Shown one piece after another: positions 28,024 through 38,782 of a DNA stretch of 64,000 nucleotides; the first letter of the stretch is position 1, and the number at the start of each line of letters is the position of its first letter. The stretch comes from Candidatus Hydrogenedentota bacterium (lineage in GTDB: Bacteria; Hydrogenedentota; Hydrogenedentia; Hydrogenedentales; CAILVY01). The stretch is taken from assembly GCA_903837785.1 (NCBI GenBank), contig CAILVY010000238.1, positions 40,116 to 104,115 of the forward strand. The letters run 5' to 3'. The notes below the pieces were generated by a model. That model was not told where the DNA came from. It saw nothing but the letters and a program-made list of their open reading frames with translations, and made no database searches. The position numbers and the translations under genes are program-made.

Positions 28024-29240
28024 GAGCCGGAGATCACATCGCCCAACGTGAAGATGGGCAGGTAGAGGGAAACCAGCAGACTGACAATGATGCCGCCCAG
28101 CAGCAGCACCATGATGGGCGCGGCCATCGTTCCGACCAGTTTGTCCCGCGTCGCGATTTCCCGATCGTAGGTGTTTGCCAGGTTTTCGAGGGCGTCCTCG
28201 GCGCGGCCGCGCTCCTCGCCCGTGGAGAGGAGCCAGCAGAAGTTGTGGCCGAAGAACCCCGTGCCCGAGAGCGAGTCCGCGATGCGTTCGCCGCCCGCCA
28301 CCTGAAGGCTCGCCTCCTCGACCGCCTGCTGCAGCAGCGGGCTGTCCGAACTGGCCGCGGCCAGCTCCAGGCTCTCGATGATCGGCACGCGGGAAGCCAG
28401 GAGCATGCCGAGGGTCCGGCTGAAGCGCGCCATGGCCATCAGATAGTGCATATGCCCCAGCACCGGCATGTGCATGCGCAGCCAGTCCAGCCAGGCGCTG
28501 CCGCTCTGGGTCCGCGCCAGGTAGGCCCGGAGCAGCCGTGCGGCAATGTAGCCCGCGGCAATCCCCACGACCACCGCCTGCCAGCGATGAACCATGAAAT
28601 CCCCCATGTCCACCCAGAACTGCGTCGGCCAGGGCAGTTGTCCGCCGAAGTCGTGGAAGATGTCCGCGAAGACGGGCACGACCTTGACCAGCAGGAAGCC
28701 CATGACGCAGGAGCCGATGAGCAGCACCATCACCGGATAGGCCATCGCCAATTGAAGGGTGTGTTTCACGCCAATCATGCGGGTCGTGTAATTGCACAGG
28801 AGCTGCAGCACGCCCGCGAGGTTGCTCGTCTTCTCGCCGGCCCGGATCACGCTCGGGAACAGCTTGGGGAAGCTCGCATGCTGCCGGGTGATGGCGTCTT
28901 CCAGCGAGACACCCTGTTCCAGATCCTTGTGCAATTGATCGAGCACCGGTTTCAGGCGGGAGCTGCGCAGATCCGCGGCCAGGGCTTTCACCGCCGGCGC
29001 CAGCGGCAATTCACTCCGCGCCACGGAAACCAGCTGGTCCGTGAGCACATTCAGTTCGTCCCAGGAAAGCCGTTTCGAAACGCGGAGCAGGCCGCGTTCC
29101 CGATGCAGTTCCTCGACCGTGTTTACGGTCAACCCACGTTCCTGAAGGACCTTCGTCACGCGGTGGGCCGAAGACTCCTCGATGGTGCCTTCCACGGGCT
29201 TCCCCTCGACGTCCAACGCCCGGTACTTGTAGAGTGCCAT
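28020..29240 (-). CDS. gspF: GspF/PilC-family type II secretion / type IV pilus platform protein, paralog 1
   Basis: The 406-aa protein starts MALYKYRALDVEGKPVEGTIEESS... and has two GspF repeats. It ends ...MVLLLGGIIVSLLVSLYLPIFTLGDVISGS. Confidence 0.85.
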   Translation of the reverse strand: MALYKYRALDVEGKPVEGTIEESSAHRVTKVLQERGLTVNTVEELHRERGLLRVSKRLSWDELNVLTDQLVSVARSELPLAPAVKALAADLRSSRLKPVLDQLHKDLEQGVSLEDAITRQHASFPKLFPSVIRAGEKTSNLAGVLQLLCNYTTRMIGVKHTLQLAMAYPVMVLLIGSCVMGFLLVKVVPVFADIFHDFGGQLPWPTQFWVDMGDFMVHRWQAVVVGIAAGYIAARLLRAYLARTQSGSAWLDWLRMHMPVLGHMHYLMAMARFSRTLGMLLASRVPIIESLELAAASSDSPLLQQAVEEASLQVAGGERIADSLSGTGFFGHNFCWLLSTGEERGRAEDALENLANTYDREIATRDKLVGTMAAPIMVLLLGGIIVSLLVSLYLPIFTLGDVISGS

Positions 29241-29332
29241 GGAACCGTCCTCGCTGTTGCGCTATGACTTCCAACCCCGTATATGGCACGGATTCCGGAA
29301 AGCGATCAGAACGCACGGGCGAAGGGGCGCGG

Positions 29333-30046
29333 TCACCCGCGCGGCATGCGCCGGTGCTCGAGCAGAATGCGTTCGGCATGGGGCACCGAGCGCAGGAAAA
29401 ACGACGCGGTCAATACCCGGCGGGTGTCCGGATCGAGGTCGCCCGCCGTGCCCAGGCGGCGAATGCGATCCTGGCGTATGTGATACAGGCACAGCGCCGC
29501 GGCGACGGAGATATTGAAGCTTTTCGCGAAGCCCGGCATCGGAACGATCACGCGATCGTCCGCCAGTTCGAGCAGCTCCGCGCTCACGCCGCACTTCTCA
29601 TTGCCGAAGAAGATCGCCGCGGGCGTGTCGAATGCCACCTCGTCAATGGGCCGCGCATGCTCGAGGTGGGTGGCCAGAATCCGGCAGCCGGCGCCGCGCA
29701 GGGCGCGCACGCAACTCGGGGTGTCCGGCCACAACGCGAGGTCGAGCCATTTCTCCGCGCCCTGCGTCACCCGTTTCGCCTCCTTGAAACGCGCCGACGT
29801 GTCCACGATGTGCACGCTCTGAAAGCCCAGCGCCTCGGCGCTCCGCAGCACCGCGCTCACATTCCCCCGATCGTACAAGCCCTCCATCACCGGCACCACC
29901 GAATAGGTGCGCTCCGCAATCACGCCCAGGAGCCGCGCACGCCGCTCATCCGTAAGCAACGGATCCAGCGTGGCGATTACCTCCTCCGCGGAAAAAGCCT
30001 CCTCCTCGACAAGAAACGGTTCCCGGTGCGGACATAGCAGATTCAT
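29333..30046 (-). CDS. SpoU/TrmH-family RNA 2'-O-methyltransferase
   Basis: SPOUT motifs are present: ...VPVMEGLYDRGNVSAVLRSAEALGF...AIFFGNEKCGVS...DRVIVPMPGFAKSFNISVAAAL. Confidence 0.8.
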   Translation of the reverse strand: MNLLCPHREPFLVEEEAFSAEEVIATLDPLLTDERRARLLGVIAERTYSVVPVMEGLYDRGNVSAVLRSAEALGFQSVHIVDTSARFKEAKRVTQGAEKWLDLALWPDTPSCVRALRGAGCRILATHLEHARPIDEVAFDTPAAIFFGNEKCGVSAELLELADDRVIVPMPGFAKSFNISVAAALCLYHIRQDRIRRLGTAGDLDPDTRRVLTASFFLRSVPHAERILLEHRRMPRG

Positions 30047-30053
30047 AGGGCGC

Positions 30054-31043
30054 TCATGGCCGGAAGGCCTCCACGAGGCCGTTCATCCGCTCGTCCGGCT
30101 GAAGCAGGCGCACCCGCGTGAATCCCGCCGCCGCCAGGGTCTCCTCCATCTCCGCCAGCGTATAGCAATTGCCCCGGGGCGTCGCGACCAGCATGTTCAC
30201 CGCGAAAATCGCCGCGCCCGGCGGCTGCGTGCGATCGGCACTCAGCACGTGATCCCGAATCAGCAGGCGCCCCCCCGGTTCCAGGCTCCGGAACACCTTT
30301 TGATAGAGCGCGACATTCTGTTCGGGACTGTTCTGATGAATGATGGCCGAGAGCAGCGCAAGGTCATGGCCTCCCGGCAATTCGTCTTTGTAGAAATCGC
30401 CCGGCGCCAGGGTTACGCGATCCAGCAGGCCTTCTGCACCCAGGCGCTTTCGCGCCATTTCGATCACGTCGGGCTGATCGAAGATCGTCGCGCGCATCCC
30501 GGGACTCGACTCCAGGAATGCTTGGGCATACGTGCCCGAGGCGCCGCCCACGTCCAGCAACGCCTTCGCGTTGCCCGCGCCGCACGCATCCGCGAAGGCT
30601 TTCGCCGCGCGCCGTCCAATAACATGCATCGCGCCGATAAACGCCTCCAATTGCCCCTCCTCCTCGAAAGCGGCCGGCTTGCCCTCGGCCGTTCCCTTGC
30701 GCACAACCTCGGTCAAGGCCGACCAGCGCCCCCACAACCCCGCCGTGTGCAGGACCATCGGCAGGACACTGTCCGGCGAATTCGGGGATAGCAGTGCGGC
30801 CACGCCTTGGGGACATTGATAGGCTTCGCCCGTCTTGTCCAGGAGCCGGAGCGCAGTCAACGCATCCAGAAGGATCGTCAGCCCACGTACCGAGGCGCCC
30901 GTGCGCTCCGCCAGGGCGGAAACGGTCATCGGCCCGGAAGCCAGCATGCCGAATACATTCAACTCCGCTCCCGTCAACAAGATACGGCATTCCATGAAAC
31001 CCCGGGACATGCCCAGCACGGTATCTGCGGTGATTGCGCCCAT
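30054..31043 (-). CDS. Class I SAM-dependent O-methyltransferase (COMT-like with N-terminal dimerisation/winged-helix domain)
   Basis: The SAM-binding motif LLDVGGASGTYAQAF and the C-terminal region ...LLIRDHVLSADRTQP... are visible. Confidence 0.8.
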   Translation of the reverse strand: MGAITADTVLGMSRGFMECRILLTGAELNVFGMLASGPMTVSALAERTGASVRGLTILLDALTALRLLDKTGEAYQCPQGVAALLSPNSPDSVLPMVLHTAGLWGRWSALTEVVRKGTAEGKPAAFEEEGQLEAFIGAMHVIGRRAAKAFADACGAGNAKALLDVGGASGTYAQAFLESSPGMRATIFDQPDVIEMARKRLGAEGLLDRVTLAPGDFYKDELPGGHDLALLSAIIHQNSPEQNVALYQKVFRSLEPGGRLLIRDHVLSADRTQPPGAAIFAVNMLVATPRGNCYTLAEMEETLAAAGFTRVRLLQPDERMNGLVEAFRP

Positions 31044-31381
31044 ATGCCAACTCCTTTTCTTGCTGGAAACCGTCCCGATTCTACACGCAAAGCCCTGCCC
31101 AGTAGAAGTCCCGTGTGTGCCCCTGGCGGGCGTTCCGGGCCGGAAGGCCGGCCACGGCCCCGCAAAACCGTTCTGACGCGAATAATCCGGACAAGCCCGT
31201 GGTTTAAAGAGATAAAAAGTTGTATGAATACCGGGTCTGCGGAGATAATAAGGTTTCGGGATGACTGGCGAATGCGCGGGCGGTGGATTTTGTTTAGCAG
31301 GCAGGGTGAAAGTGCAGGGAGTGAAGTCGGCGGGTGTCCTTCGGTGTGCGAGACGCGTAACATGAAGAGGAGGCTTGGGCT

Positions 31382-31873
31382 ATGGCGGAAACAGACACGC
31401 AGACATCGGTTGCCGGAAAACACCTCACTTTCCATCTGGGCGAGGAACTCTATGGCATCGAGATCCTCAAGGTGCAGGAAATCATCGGCATGATGAACGT
31501 CACGCGCGTACCGCGCACGCCGGATTTTGTGCGGGGTGTCATCAATTTGCGCGGCAAAGTCATTCCTGTGGTTGATCTGCGGCTCAAGTTCGGCATGGAA
31601 ACGGTTCTCGACACCGAACGCACCTGCATCATCGTGGTCCAAGTCGCGGGCGCCGAGTCCCGAGTGACCATGGGAGTCATTGTGGATGAGGTCTCCGAAG
31701 TGCTGGAGATTCAGTCCGGCCAAATCGAGCCCGCGCCTTCTTTTGGCGCGACCATCGACACGACGTTCATCCGGGCCATGGGCAAGGTTGGCCAGAAGGT
31801 TGTCATTTTGCTCGACGTCGATCGGGTGTTGTCCACCAGGGAACTGTCGGCCATTGAACAGGCCTCCGTGTAG
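31382..31873 (+). CDS. cheW: Chemotaxis coupling protein CheW
   Basis: The 163-aa protein is ...HLTFHLGEELYGIEILKVQEIIGMMNVTRVP...GVINLRGKVIPVVDLR... Confidence 0.9.
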   Translation: MAETDTQTSVAGKHLTFHLGEELYGIEILKVQEIIGMMNVTRVPRTPDFVRGVINLRGKVIPVVDLRLKFGMETVLDTERTCIIVVQVAGAESRVTMGVIVDEVSEVLEIQSGQIEPAPSFGATIDTTFIRAMGKVGQKVVILLDVDRVLSTRELSAIEQASV

Positions 31874-32106
31874 AGGCGAACGTTAGCACGACATGATTAG
31901 GCGGAAGGGTGTGCGGCAAGTGTGCCCTTCCTCAAAGGTGAGTGAGCATTAGGAGAGCAGGAGGGGCGTCCTCGCTCTGGTTCATCTCTTCGTGACTTCC
32001 ACGGCGAGATGAAGGCACCCATATCCCTCGGTCGAGGCGTCCCCAGTGAATCGGCATCAACGGGCGCATCCAGTGCGTCCGGCGGCGCCGCGTAGGAGGG
32101 CATGCC

Positions 32107-34179
32107 ATGTTGAAACGTTTTGGTCTGGCCGGGAAGATTGGCGCTGGATTCTGCGTGTTGATCCTGATCTCCGTGATCGGAGGCGCATTCTGTGTGTACA
32201 ACATGCTTCAGGTGCGAAGAGATGCGTGGGAGACGGCCAATGAAAACGTTCCCGAGGTGACGCTCGTGAACGAAATCGAGCGCCACGCGCTCTTGACGAT
32301 GTATGCCATGCGCGGCTACGGCTTTTCTGAAGACAAAACCTTTTACGAAGAGGGCCAGCAAGAACTCGGCCACACGAGGGAACTCCTTAAGTCGGCGCAG
32401 GAGCTGGGTTCCCGTTCGGAGAACCTGGCGGGGCTCAGGAAGGCCGCAGACGAAGCTCAAGACAGTGTGACGGGCTATGCGGCCATTGCCGACGAGATGG
32501 CGAAGGAAGTCACCCAAATCCAGGACTGCCGGACCCGCCTCAATGAAGCGGCCAAGCTTCTCATCCAGAGCTGCGCGGAATATGAGCAGAATGAAGCGCA
32601 GAAACTGCGATCCGAGATCCTGCGGATGGGAGAGGCCGGCGAACGGGCCTCCTCAGGCGCGAACACCCTTCCGTCCGCCGCCGGCACAGCGCCACCCCAA
32701 GGCGCACCGGTTACGCCGGAAAAAGTGTTGCAGCGGTTCGACAAGATCGAGACGGCCTCGGCGATCGTCAATTTGGCGAATCAGGCCCGTCTGGAGGTGT
32801 GGACCGCCCAAGCCATTCATCAGCCCAACGGCCTGGAACAAGCTATAGAAGCCTTGGAAGGCATTAACACGCAGTTCGAAGGGCTCCGGGCGAAGAGCAC
32901 CCAGCAAATCAACCTGGATCAAATCGACAACGCGCGCAAGGCGGCGGCCGACTACAAGGCGCTCATCCAGGAGCTTCTGAAGAGTTGGCGCGCGCTCGAA
33001 CAGGTGAACGAGAGCTTTGACCAGAAGGGCCATGCCGTGCTGGCGGCGGCCGAGAAGAAGGCCACGGAAAGCATGACCGATGCCAGGAACATGGCCAACG
33101 CCACCGTGAAATCGCTGAATACCGCCTCAGCCGCCACAGGCGCCGGATTGGCCGCCGCGCTGATCCTGGGACTGTTGCTCTCCATCCTCATCACGCGCAG
33201 CGTCACCCGGCCAATCAACAAGGTGATCCGCAAGCTCACCGAAGGCTCGGAGCAGGTCTTCGATGCGGCCAGCCAGGTCGCCCAAACGAGTCAATCCACC
33301 GCCGAGGGCGCCAGCAAGCAGGCGTCCAGCCTCGAAGAAACCTCGGCCTCCCTCGAAGAAATGGCGTCCATGACCCGGCAGAACGCGGAAAACGCCGGCA
33401 TGGCCAATACGACCGCGGACCAGGCCAGAGAAGCCGCGGACCGCGGAATCACCTCCATGCAGCGGATGAATGACGCCATCCGGAAGATCAAGGAATCCTC
33501 GGATCAGACGGCCAAGATACTGAAGACCATCGACGAAATCGCCTTCCAAACCAATCTCCTGGCGCTGAACGCCGCGGTGGAAGCGGCGCGTGCCGGCGAG
33601 GCCGGCAAGGGCTTTGCCGTCGTGGCGGAAGAAGTGCGCAGCCTCGCCCGCCGCAGCGCTGAAGCCGCGAAAGACACCGCCTCCCTGATCGAAGGCGCGC
33701 AACGGAACTCGGAACAGGGCGTGGCGGCTTCGCTGGAGGTCACCGAAATCCTGGAACACATCGCGGACAAAGCGCGGAAAGTGACCCAACTTGTCAGCGA
33801 AGTGTCCGCGGCCACCAAAGAACAGGCCCAAGGCATCGCTCATGTCAACACGGCGGTCTCCCAAATGGACAAGGTCATACAATCCAATGCGGCCGGTTCC
33901 GAGGAAGCGGCCTCGGCAGGAGAGGAACTCTCCGCCCAGGCCGAAGAACTGAATAAGATGGTCGCGGAATTGGTGGTCGCCGTGAGCGGCGAAAAGAGAG
34001 CACGCAACGACTACGAATCGGACGGAACGGTCAGGAAGCGCACCGCACTCCCGGTGCCGGAGCGAAAGGCAGGCAGGGCCGCATTGCCGGCGTCAGATCT
34101 CTTCGTGCCCGCCAGCCAAAAGCCCCCCCTCCCCCAAGCTGTCATCCCCCTTGACGACATGGGGCTTGAGGATTCCTAG
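32107..34179 (+). CDS. Methyl-accepting chemotaxis protein (4HB sensor, HAMP, MA domain)
   Basis: An N-terminal TM segment and a C-terminal TM/HAMP region are present. The signalling-domain core reads [50 protein letters not shown]. The C-terminal tail reads [12 protein letters not shown]. Confidence 0.9.
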   Translation: MLKRFGLAGKIGAGFCVLILISVIGGAFCVYNMLQVRRDAWETANENVPEVTLVNEIERHALLTMYAMRGYGFSEDKTFYEEGQQELGHTRELLKSAQELGSRSENLAGLRKAADEAQDSVTGYAAIADEMAKEVTQIQDCRTRLNEAAKLLIQSCAEYEQNEAQKLRSEILRMGEAGERASSGANTLPSAAGTAPPQGAPVTPEKVLQRFDKIETASAIVNLANQARLEVWTAQAIHQPNGLEQAIEALEGINTQFEGLRAKSTQQINLDQIDNARKAAADYKALIQELLKSWRALEQVNESFDQKGHAVLAAAEKKATESMTDARNMANATVKSLNTASAATGAGLAAALILGLLLSILITRSVTRPINKVIRKLTEGSEQVFDAASQVAQTSQSTAEGASKQASSLEETSASLEEMASMTRQNAENAGMANTTADQAREAADRGITSMQRMNDAIRKIKESSDQTAKILKTIDEIAFQTNLLALNAAVEAARAGEAGKGFAVVAEEVRSLARRSAEAAKDTASLIEGAQRNSEQGVAASLEVTEILEHIADKARKVTQLVSEVSAATKEQAQGIAHVNTAVSQMDKVIQSNAAGSEEAASAGEELSAQAEELNKMVAELVVAVSGEKRARNDYESDGTVRKRTALPVPERKAGRAALPASDLFVPASQKPPLPQAVIPLDDMGLEDS

Positions 34180-34546
34180 CAGCGCACGCCGCCCGTCCTC
34201 TTACGGGGACTCCCGGCAGGCCGACGATCGCGTGGGAGTTTATCGCAGTATCCATAGTACACTTCCGCTGTAGGGACACGGCAATTCCCTTGAACTTGCG
34301 TGATTTGCGGTATATGCACAATTGTGGCATGATCCACCACGTTCGGTCCGAGGTGTGCAGACCCGGCAGAACGCACAGGGTTACGTACGATACATTGCGC
34401 GTACAATGCGGCGCAAGGCCGTCGGCTCCCGAAGGATATGCGGATTGTGAGTGCGCGCGTGCCACCGCGGACAACGCGGTCCGTTCTAGCTCGGTCAGCG
34501 GCGATAACGGAGTGATGCACAACAGCATCACGTGAGGAATGTCACC

Positions 34547-36328
34547 ATGGGCATCAATGTCAAAATGGTCCTGATGACCGGCGTCAGCATCCTGCTGCTG
34601 ATCAGCGTCAGCATCCTGGGCGTGTTTGAACTGCGCGTCCTGCGCAGCGACTTGGACCAGGTGGTGCGCCGCGAATTCGTGCCGCTGATCGATCAGCAGA
34701 TGATCCCGCTGCTCAAGGAAGATGTGCTGGCTCTGGTCAACGGCGATTTCCCGAAGGTGGCCGAGCTCAACACCGGCTGGATCCTGATGCTGGAAGCGGA
34801 CCGCGACGTCTATCAGGCACTCGTCGCGGAGAAGGAGGCGCTCGAATCCGCCTCGCCGGAGATGCTGGCCAAGGCCGACAAGGACAACACGGACAACATC
34901 GGCCAGGCCGAAGAGCGCATGAAAAAGGCCTCGGCCACTTTCATTGCCGAAGAAGCCAAGGCCATGTATCAACAGTTCGTGCAGCGTTTCGAAACCTGGA
35001 AGCAGCAGTCGCGCGGGGTGATTCAGGCCGCCGCCACGCCGGGCAGCGGCGTCCACTCGACGGACACGGGGGGCGAAACGAGCAGCTTCCAGATAATGCG
35101 CGGCCTGATCGACACGCTGCAGGCGGAACAGGAGAAGGCCATCACGAAGATCCAGGAGGGGGTCCGGGCCAGAAACGGGCGGGTCAACGAACGCGCCCAA
35201 GCCATCGAGCAGAAGAAGGGGGAGGTGCTCGTGCTCGCCACGGCCAGCGAAACGGCCTCCGCGCGCGGACAGGCGCTCTTCCTGTTCGGGGGCATCCTGT
35301 TCAGTGCGTTCGGTATCGCCTTCGGCACGTGGATCGCCCGCTCGATCACCCGGCCCCTGCACCGCATCATCGCGGGACTGGCTTCCGGGGCCGATCAGGT
35401 GACGGGCGCCGCGGGCCAGGTCGCCCAGTCGAGCCAGGCCATGGCCGACGGCGCCAGCCATCAGGCATCGAGCCTGGAGGAGACCTCTGCCTCCCTGGAG
35501 GAGATGGCTTCCATGACCCGGCAGAACGCCGAAAACGCGCAGACAGCAAACGTTATGGCCAACGAGGCGCGCGACGCCGCGGACAAGGGTCTGGCCGCCA
35601 TGCAGCGCATGAATGAAGCCATCGCCCGAATCAAGTCCTCCTCGGATCAGACGGCCAAGATCCTCAAGACCATCGACGAAATTGCGTTTCAGACAAACCT
35701 CCTCGCGTTGAACGCCGCGGTCGAGGCGGCCCGGGCCGGAGAGGCCGGAAAAGGCTTCGCCGTCGTTGCGGAGGAAGTCCGCAATCTCGCCCAACGCAGC
35801 GCCGAAGCGGCCCGAAACACCGCCGCGCTGATTGAAGGCGCGCAGAAGAACTCGGATCAGGGCGTCGCCGCCTCGGCCGAAGTGGGCGGAATTCTGGAAC
35901 AGATTGCGGCCAAGGCCCAGAAAGTGACCCAACTTGTGGGCGAGGTTTCGTCCGCGACGAACGAGCAGGCCCAAGGCATTGGGCAAGTCAACACAGCCGT
36001 CTCCCAAATGGATCAGGTGACCCAGGCCAACGCCGCCAGTTCCGAGGAAGCCGCGTCCGCCGGAGAGCAACTCTCCGCCCAGGCCGCCGCCCTCAATGCG
36101 ATGGTCGCCGAACTGGTTGGCATTGTCGCGGGCGCGCATGCCCGCCGTCAGGACACGGCGCATCACGGCGCGGCCCCGAAGACCCCGAAGTCCCGACCCT
36201 CGGCTCTGCCGGAACGGCGCACACGGAAGATCCCTTTGCCCGCCTCGCCCGGCCAGACCGCCCACAAGAAGCTGCGGGCGCCCGAAGATGTCATCCCGCT
36301 CGATGACAAGGACCTCGAGGACTTCTAG
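34547..36328 (+). CDS. Methyl-accepting chemotaxis protein, paralog 2
   Basis: The ATG at 34547 follows a GTGAGGAA ribosome-binding site (the track start at 34532 is GTG). The signalling core is identical to the first MCP ([50 protein letters not shown]). The tail reads [12 protein letters not shown]. Confidence 0.9.
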   Translation: MGINVKMVLMTGVSILLLISVSILGVFELRVLRSDLDQVVRREFVPLIDQQMIPLLKEDVLALVNGDFPKVAELNTGWILMLEADRDVYQALVAEKEALESASPEMLAKADKDNTDNIGQAEERMKKASATFIAEEAKAMYQQFVQRFETWKQQSRGVIQAAATPGSGVHSTDTGGETSSFQIMRGLIDTLQAEQEKAITKIQEGVRARNGRVNERAQAIEQKKGEVLVLATASETASARGQALFLFGGILFSAFGIAFGTWIARSITRPLHRIIAGLASGADQVTGAAGQVAQSSQAMADGASHQASSLEETSASLEEMASMTRQNAENAQTANVMANEARDAADKGLAAMQRMNEAIARIKSSSDQTAKILKTIDEIAFQTNLLALNAAVEAARAGEAGKGFAVVAEEVRNLAQRSAEAARNTAALIEGAQKNSDQGVAASAEVGGILEQIAAKAQKVTQLVGEVSSATNEQAQGIGQVNTAVSQMDQVTQANAASSEEAASAGEQLSAQAAALNAMVAELVGIVAGAHARRQDTAHHGAAPKTPKSRPSALPERRTRKIPLPASPGQTAHKKLRAPEDVIPLDDKDLEDF

Positions 36329-36376
36329 ACAGGTCTCGAACGACGTAGCTCCAAGGACGAGGGCGCATTCGCTTCG

Positions 36377-37528
36377 CTAGCGATGACGTTCGCGGATGGC
36401 CCATGTGGCGGCGACGATCAGCAGCGGGCACAGCGCATTCAAGCCAAGACCCCATCGGAGATTCGATGTGTCCGCGACGGCGCCGATCACCCAAGGCATC
36501 ACAAAACACCCGAGATTCCCCGACGCGGCCAGCGCCGCGAACATGATGGCGCCGCCCCGGGGGAAGAGGTCGGCCGTCACGGCGAGTGTGGTCGGCCACA
36601 GGCAACTCCCCGTGAAGCCCACGAGCATGCACGAGGCCAACGCCGCCGCGGGCCACGGCAGGAGGCATCCCCCGGCGTACATGGCGAGAGTGAGTGCCCC
36701 GCACGCCGCCATCAGCAGCCTCGGCCGCACCCAGTGCCCGGCGCTCCCGGCCAGAATCCGCCCGAGGGCCATGCCCACGGAGAATCCCGCCAGGGCCAAT
36801 CCGCCCGTGGCCTTTCCGAAGCCGAGGCCGCGTTCGGCATACGCGGGGAGCCATTGCGCCATGCCCATCTCCGTCGCGCCGGTCAGGAAGATGCAGAGCA
36901 GTGCCGCGAGGAAGGCGGGCCGGCGCAGCAACGCGGCGAAATGGCCCGGCTCCGCGCTCTCATGCGCCAGCGCGGGCACGTCCATGCGCCAGAACCCCCA
37001 GCACACGGCCACGGGAAATGCGGCCAGCGCCAGCGCCGCCACGCGCCACGAAACGCCCAGGCGGAAGGGGAGCGTTCCAACCAGCACAGTGGCGACCGCC
37101 CCCGTGCAATAGAATGAATGGAGCCAATTGAGCGCCGAGGTGCGCTGTTCCGGGCGCAGCGCGCTCACGATCGGGCTCAGAACCATATCCAGCACGCCTG
37201 CCCCGAATCCCATCAGGGCGGCGGCGCCCAGGATCATGGCATAGTTCCGTGCGCTTCCCAGCAGGGCGAGTCCCGCCGCAACGAGCGCCAGCCCCAGCAT
37301 GGCGAATGGCTTCATGCCGAAGCGGTCCGCCAGCGGGCCGCTGCACACGACACCCGCCACGAAACCTGCAAATGTCACCGCGGCGATGCGCCCCAACTGT
37401 TCCTCGGACAAGCCGAAGACCGCGCTGAACGTCGTGAAATACACGGGGGTCAGGCTCGAGGCCATCGCGACGCAGATCATGCCGCCGTAGCAGAGCCACA
37501 ACGCGCGAATTACCGGGATTCTTGTCAT
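36377..37528 (-). CDS. MFS transporter
   Basis: A 12-TM-like hydropathy pattern is present. The start was set at the internal ATG (MTRIPVIRALWLCY...); the alternative ATG is at 37588. Confidence 0.75.
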   Translation of the reverse strand: MTRIPVIRALWLCYGGMICVAMASSLTPVYFTTFSAVFGLSEEQLGRIAAVTFAGFVAGVVCSGPLADRFGMKPFAMLGLALVAAGLALLGSARNYAMILGAAALMGFGAGVLDMVLSPIVSALRPEQRTSALNWLHSFYCTGAVATVLVGTLPFRLGVSWRVAALALAAFPVAVCWGFWRMDVPALAHESAEPGHFAALLRRPAFLAALLCIFLTGATEMGMAQWLPAYAERGLGFGKATGGLALAGFSVGMALGRILAGSAGHWVRPRLLMAACGALTLAMYAGGCLLPWPAAALASCMLVGFTGSCLWPTTLAVTADLFPRGGAIMFAALAASGNLGCFVMPWVIGAVADTSNLRWGLGLNALCPLLIVAATWAIRERHR

Positions 37529-37624
37529 GGATACGCCTTCACATGCTCGAAACGGCGTGAGTATTCCGTCTGCATCCCGCAATGTCAAACCCGGGATGCG
37601 TGGGCAGCCGGCGGCCGCGCCGGG

Positions 37625-38764
37625 TCAGGGTTGGCTCAAGGCGCGGCGAAGGAACGGCTCGATCGCGTCGGCCATGCGGTAAAAACCCAAATCCGTGGCG
37701 TGGGTGCCATCGACCGTCGCGTCGTTGTCAGGGCCGAAGAGGTCGGTGCAGGGGACGTAGTAGAGATGCCGTACACCCACGGCCTGGAGGCGCTCGAAGG
37801 ATTCCCGCAGGGCCTTGTTCTTCTTTTCGTAGGATTCCCGCGCTTCGGCGAGGAACCAGCCCTTCTGATAGGGGACGTTCTCGACGAGCACGATGGGGGT
37901 ATCCGCGTGGGCCGCGCGCAGGGCGCGAACCAGCGGCTCGGTGCGCTCGGTGATCAGCGCGGGATCCATGTTGGGGGCGCAATCGATGACGAACGCGGCC
38001 ATGTCGAGCTTCGCAACCAGGGCCGCAAGCGGCGGGTCCATGCGGCCATTCCCGGAAAAGCCCAGATTGATCGTGGAGCAGTTCAGGCGGCGTCCGAGGA
38101 TCGCGGGATAGGCCATGCCCGGGCGCGAGGCACACCCGCCCTGGACGATCGACGTGCCCCACACAAGCACGGGCTTGCCGGGAAACGCGGCACGCTGAAT
38201 CGTGGCGCCGGGGGCGAGGCCGATCTCGAGTTTCTCCGTGCCGTTGTACAGCGGCAGATACAACAGGTATTCATGCGGGCCGGCGGGGATGTCCGCGGCC
38301 AGGACCGCTTCGTTGTCCTTGGCCTTCTCCGGACGTCCCATGCCAATCCAGCCCCAACGGCCCTGATCCTTCACGTAGAGGTCGACGCCGCTGACGCCGG
38401 TGGCGGGCATGTGCGGCATGCCGAGCCGATCCGAAGTGAGTGACCAGCGCGCAAGAATTTTTGGGGAATCCGTGACGAAGTGCGCGCAGAGCCCCGCGGA
38501 GTGATGCGACAGGCCCCAGACATGTTCCGTGACCTGCCCTTCGGCTTCCGGCGGCAGCCGGTCATACGGCGCGTTCAGTGTGCTCCAGCCCTGTCCTTCA
38601 AGGCCGATGTCCGTGGCGCGGTACCACGCGACTGTGCCATCGGCATTCAGGGCGCCTTGGGCGGCGACCGGCCGAAGCGCGGGGGCCGGAGCGGTTTGCG
38701 TGGCGCAGCCGCCGGCAATCACGAGGAGGAGCAGGAGCGACGAAAACGCAAGCGATGATCTCAT
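37625..38764 (-). CDS. SGNH/GDSL-family hydrolase lipoprotein (putative carbohydrate esterase)
   Basis: The signal peptide has a lipobox (LLLVIAGGC). A GDSL-like block VLVWGTSIVQGGCASRPGMAY and the distal catalytic region ...DATVDGTHATDLGFYRMA are present. Confidence 0.7.
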   Translation of the reverse strand: MRSSLAFSSLLLLLVIAGGCATQTAPAPALRPVAAQGALNADGTVAWYRATDIGLEGQGWSTLNAPYDRLPPEAEGQVTEHVWGLSHHSAGLCAHFVTDSPKILARWSLTSDRLGMPHMPATGVSGVDLYVKDQGRWGWIGMGRPEKAKDNEAVLAADIPAGPHEYLLYLPLYNGTEKLEIGLAPGATIQRAAFPGKPVLVWGTSIVQGGCASRPGMAYPAILGRRLNCSTINLGFSGNGRMDPPLAALVAKLDMAAFVIDCAPNMDPALITERTEPLVRALRAAHADTPIVLVENVPYQKGWFLAEARESYEKKNKALRESFERLQAVGVRHLYYVPCTDLFGPDNDATVDGTHATDLGFYRMADAIEPFLRRALSQP

Positions 38765-38782
38765 GGGGCGGTGGCCTTTCCT

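Noticed and set aside
28024-28797. N-terminal 258 codons of track ORF 26461..28797
   Set aside because: They overlap gspF-1 in another frame. The GspF-2 homology begins only at the ATG at 28023, which forms an ATGA overlap with the gspF-1 stop.
31195-31260. Possible sigma-28 (FliA) promoter upstream of cheW (TAAAG.../...CGGAGATAA)
   Set aside because: It is only a 5-6/8 match to each half-site, and the spacing does not fit TAAAGTTT-N11-GCCGATAA.
34142-36265. 707-aa minus-strand ORF
   Set aside because: It is antisense to MCP paralog 2. Its composition (G/R/L/D-rich) shows the mirror-image repetitiveness of the MCP coiled coil.
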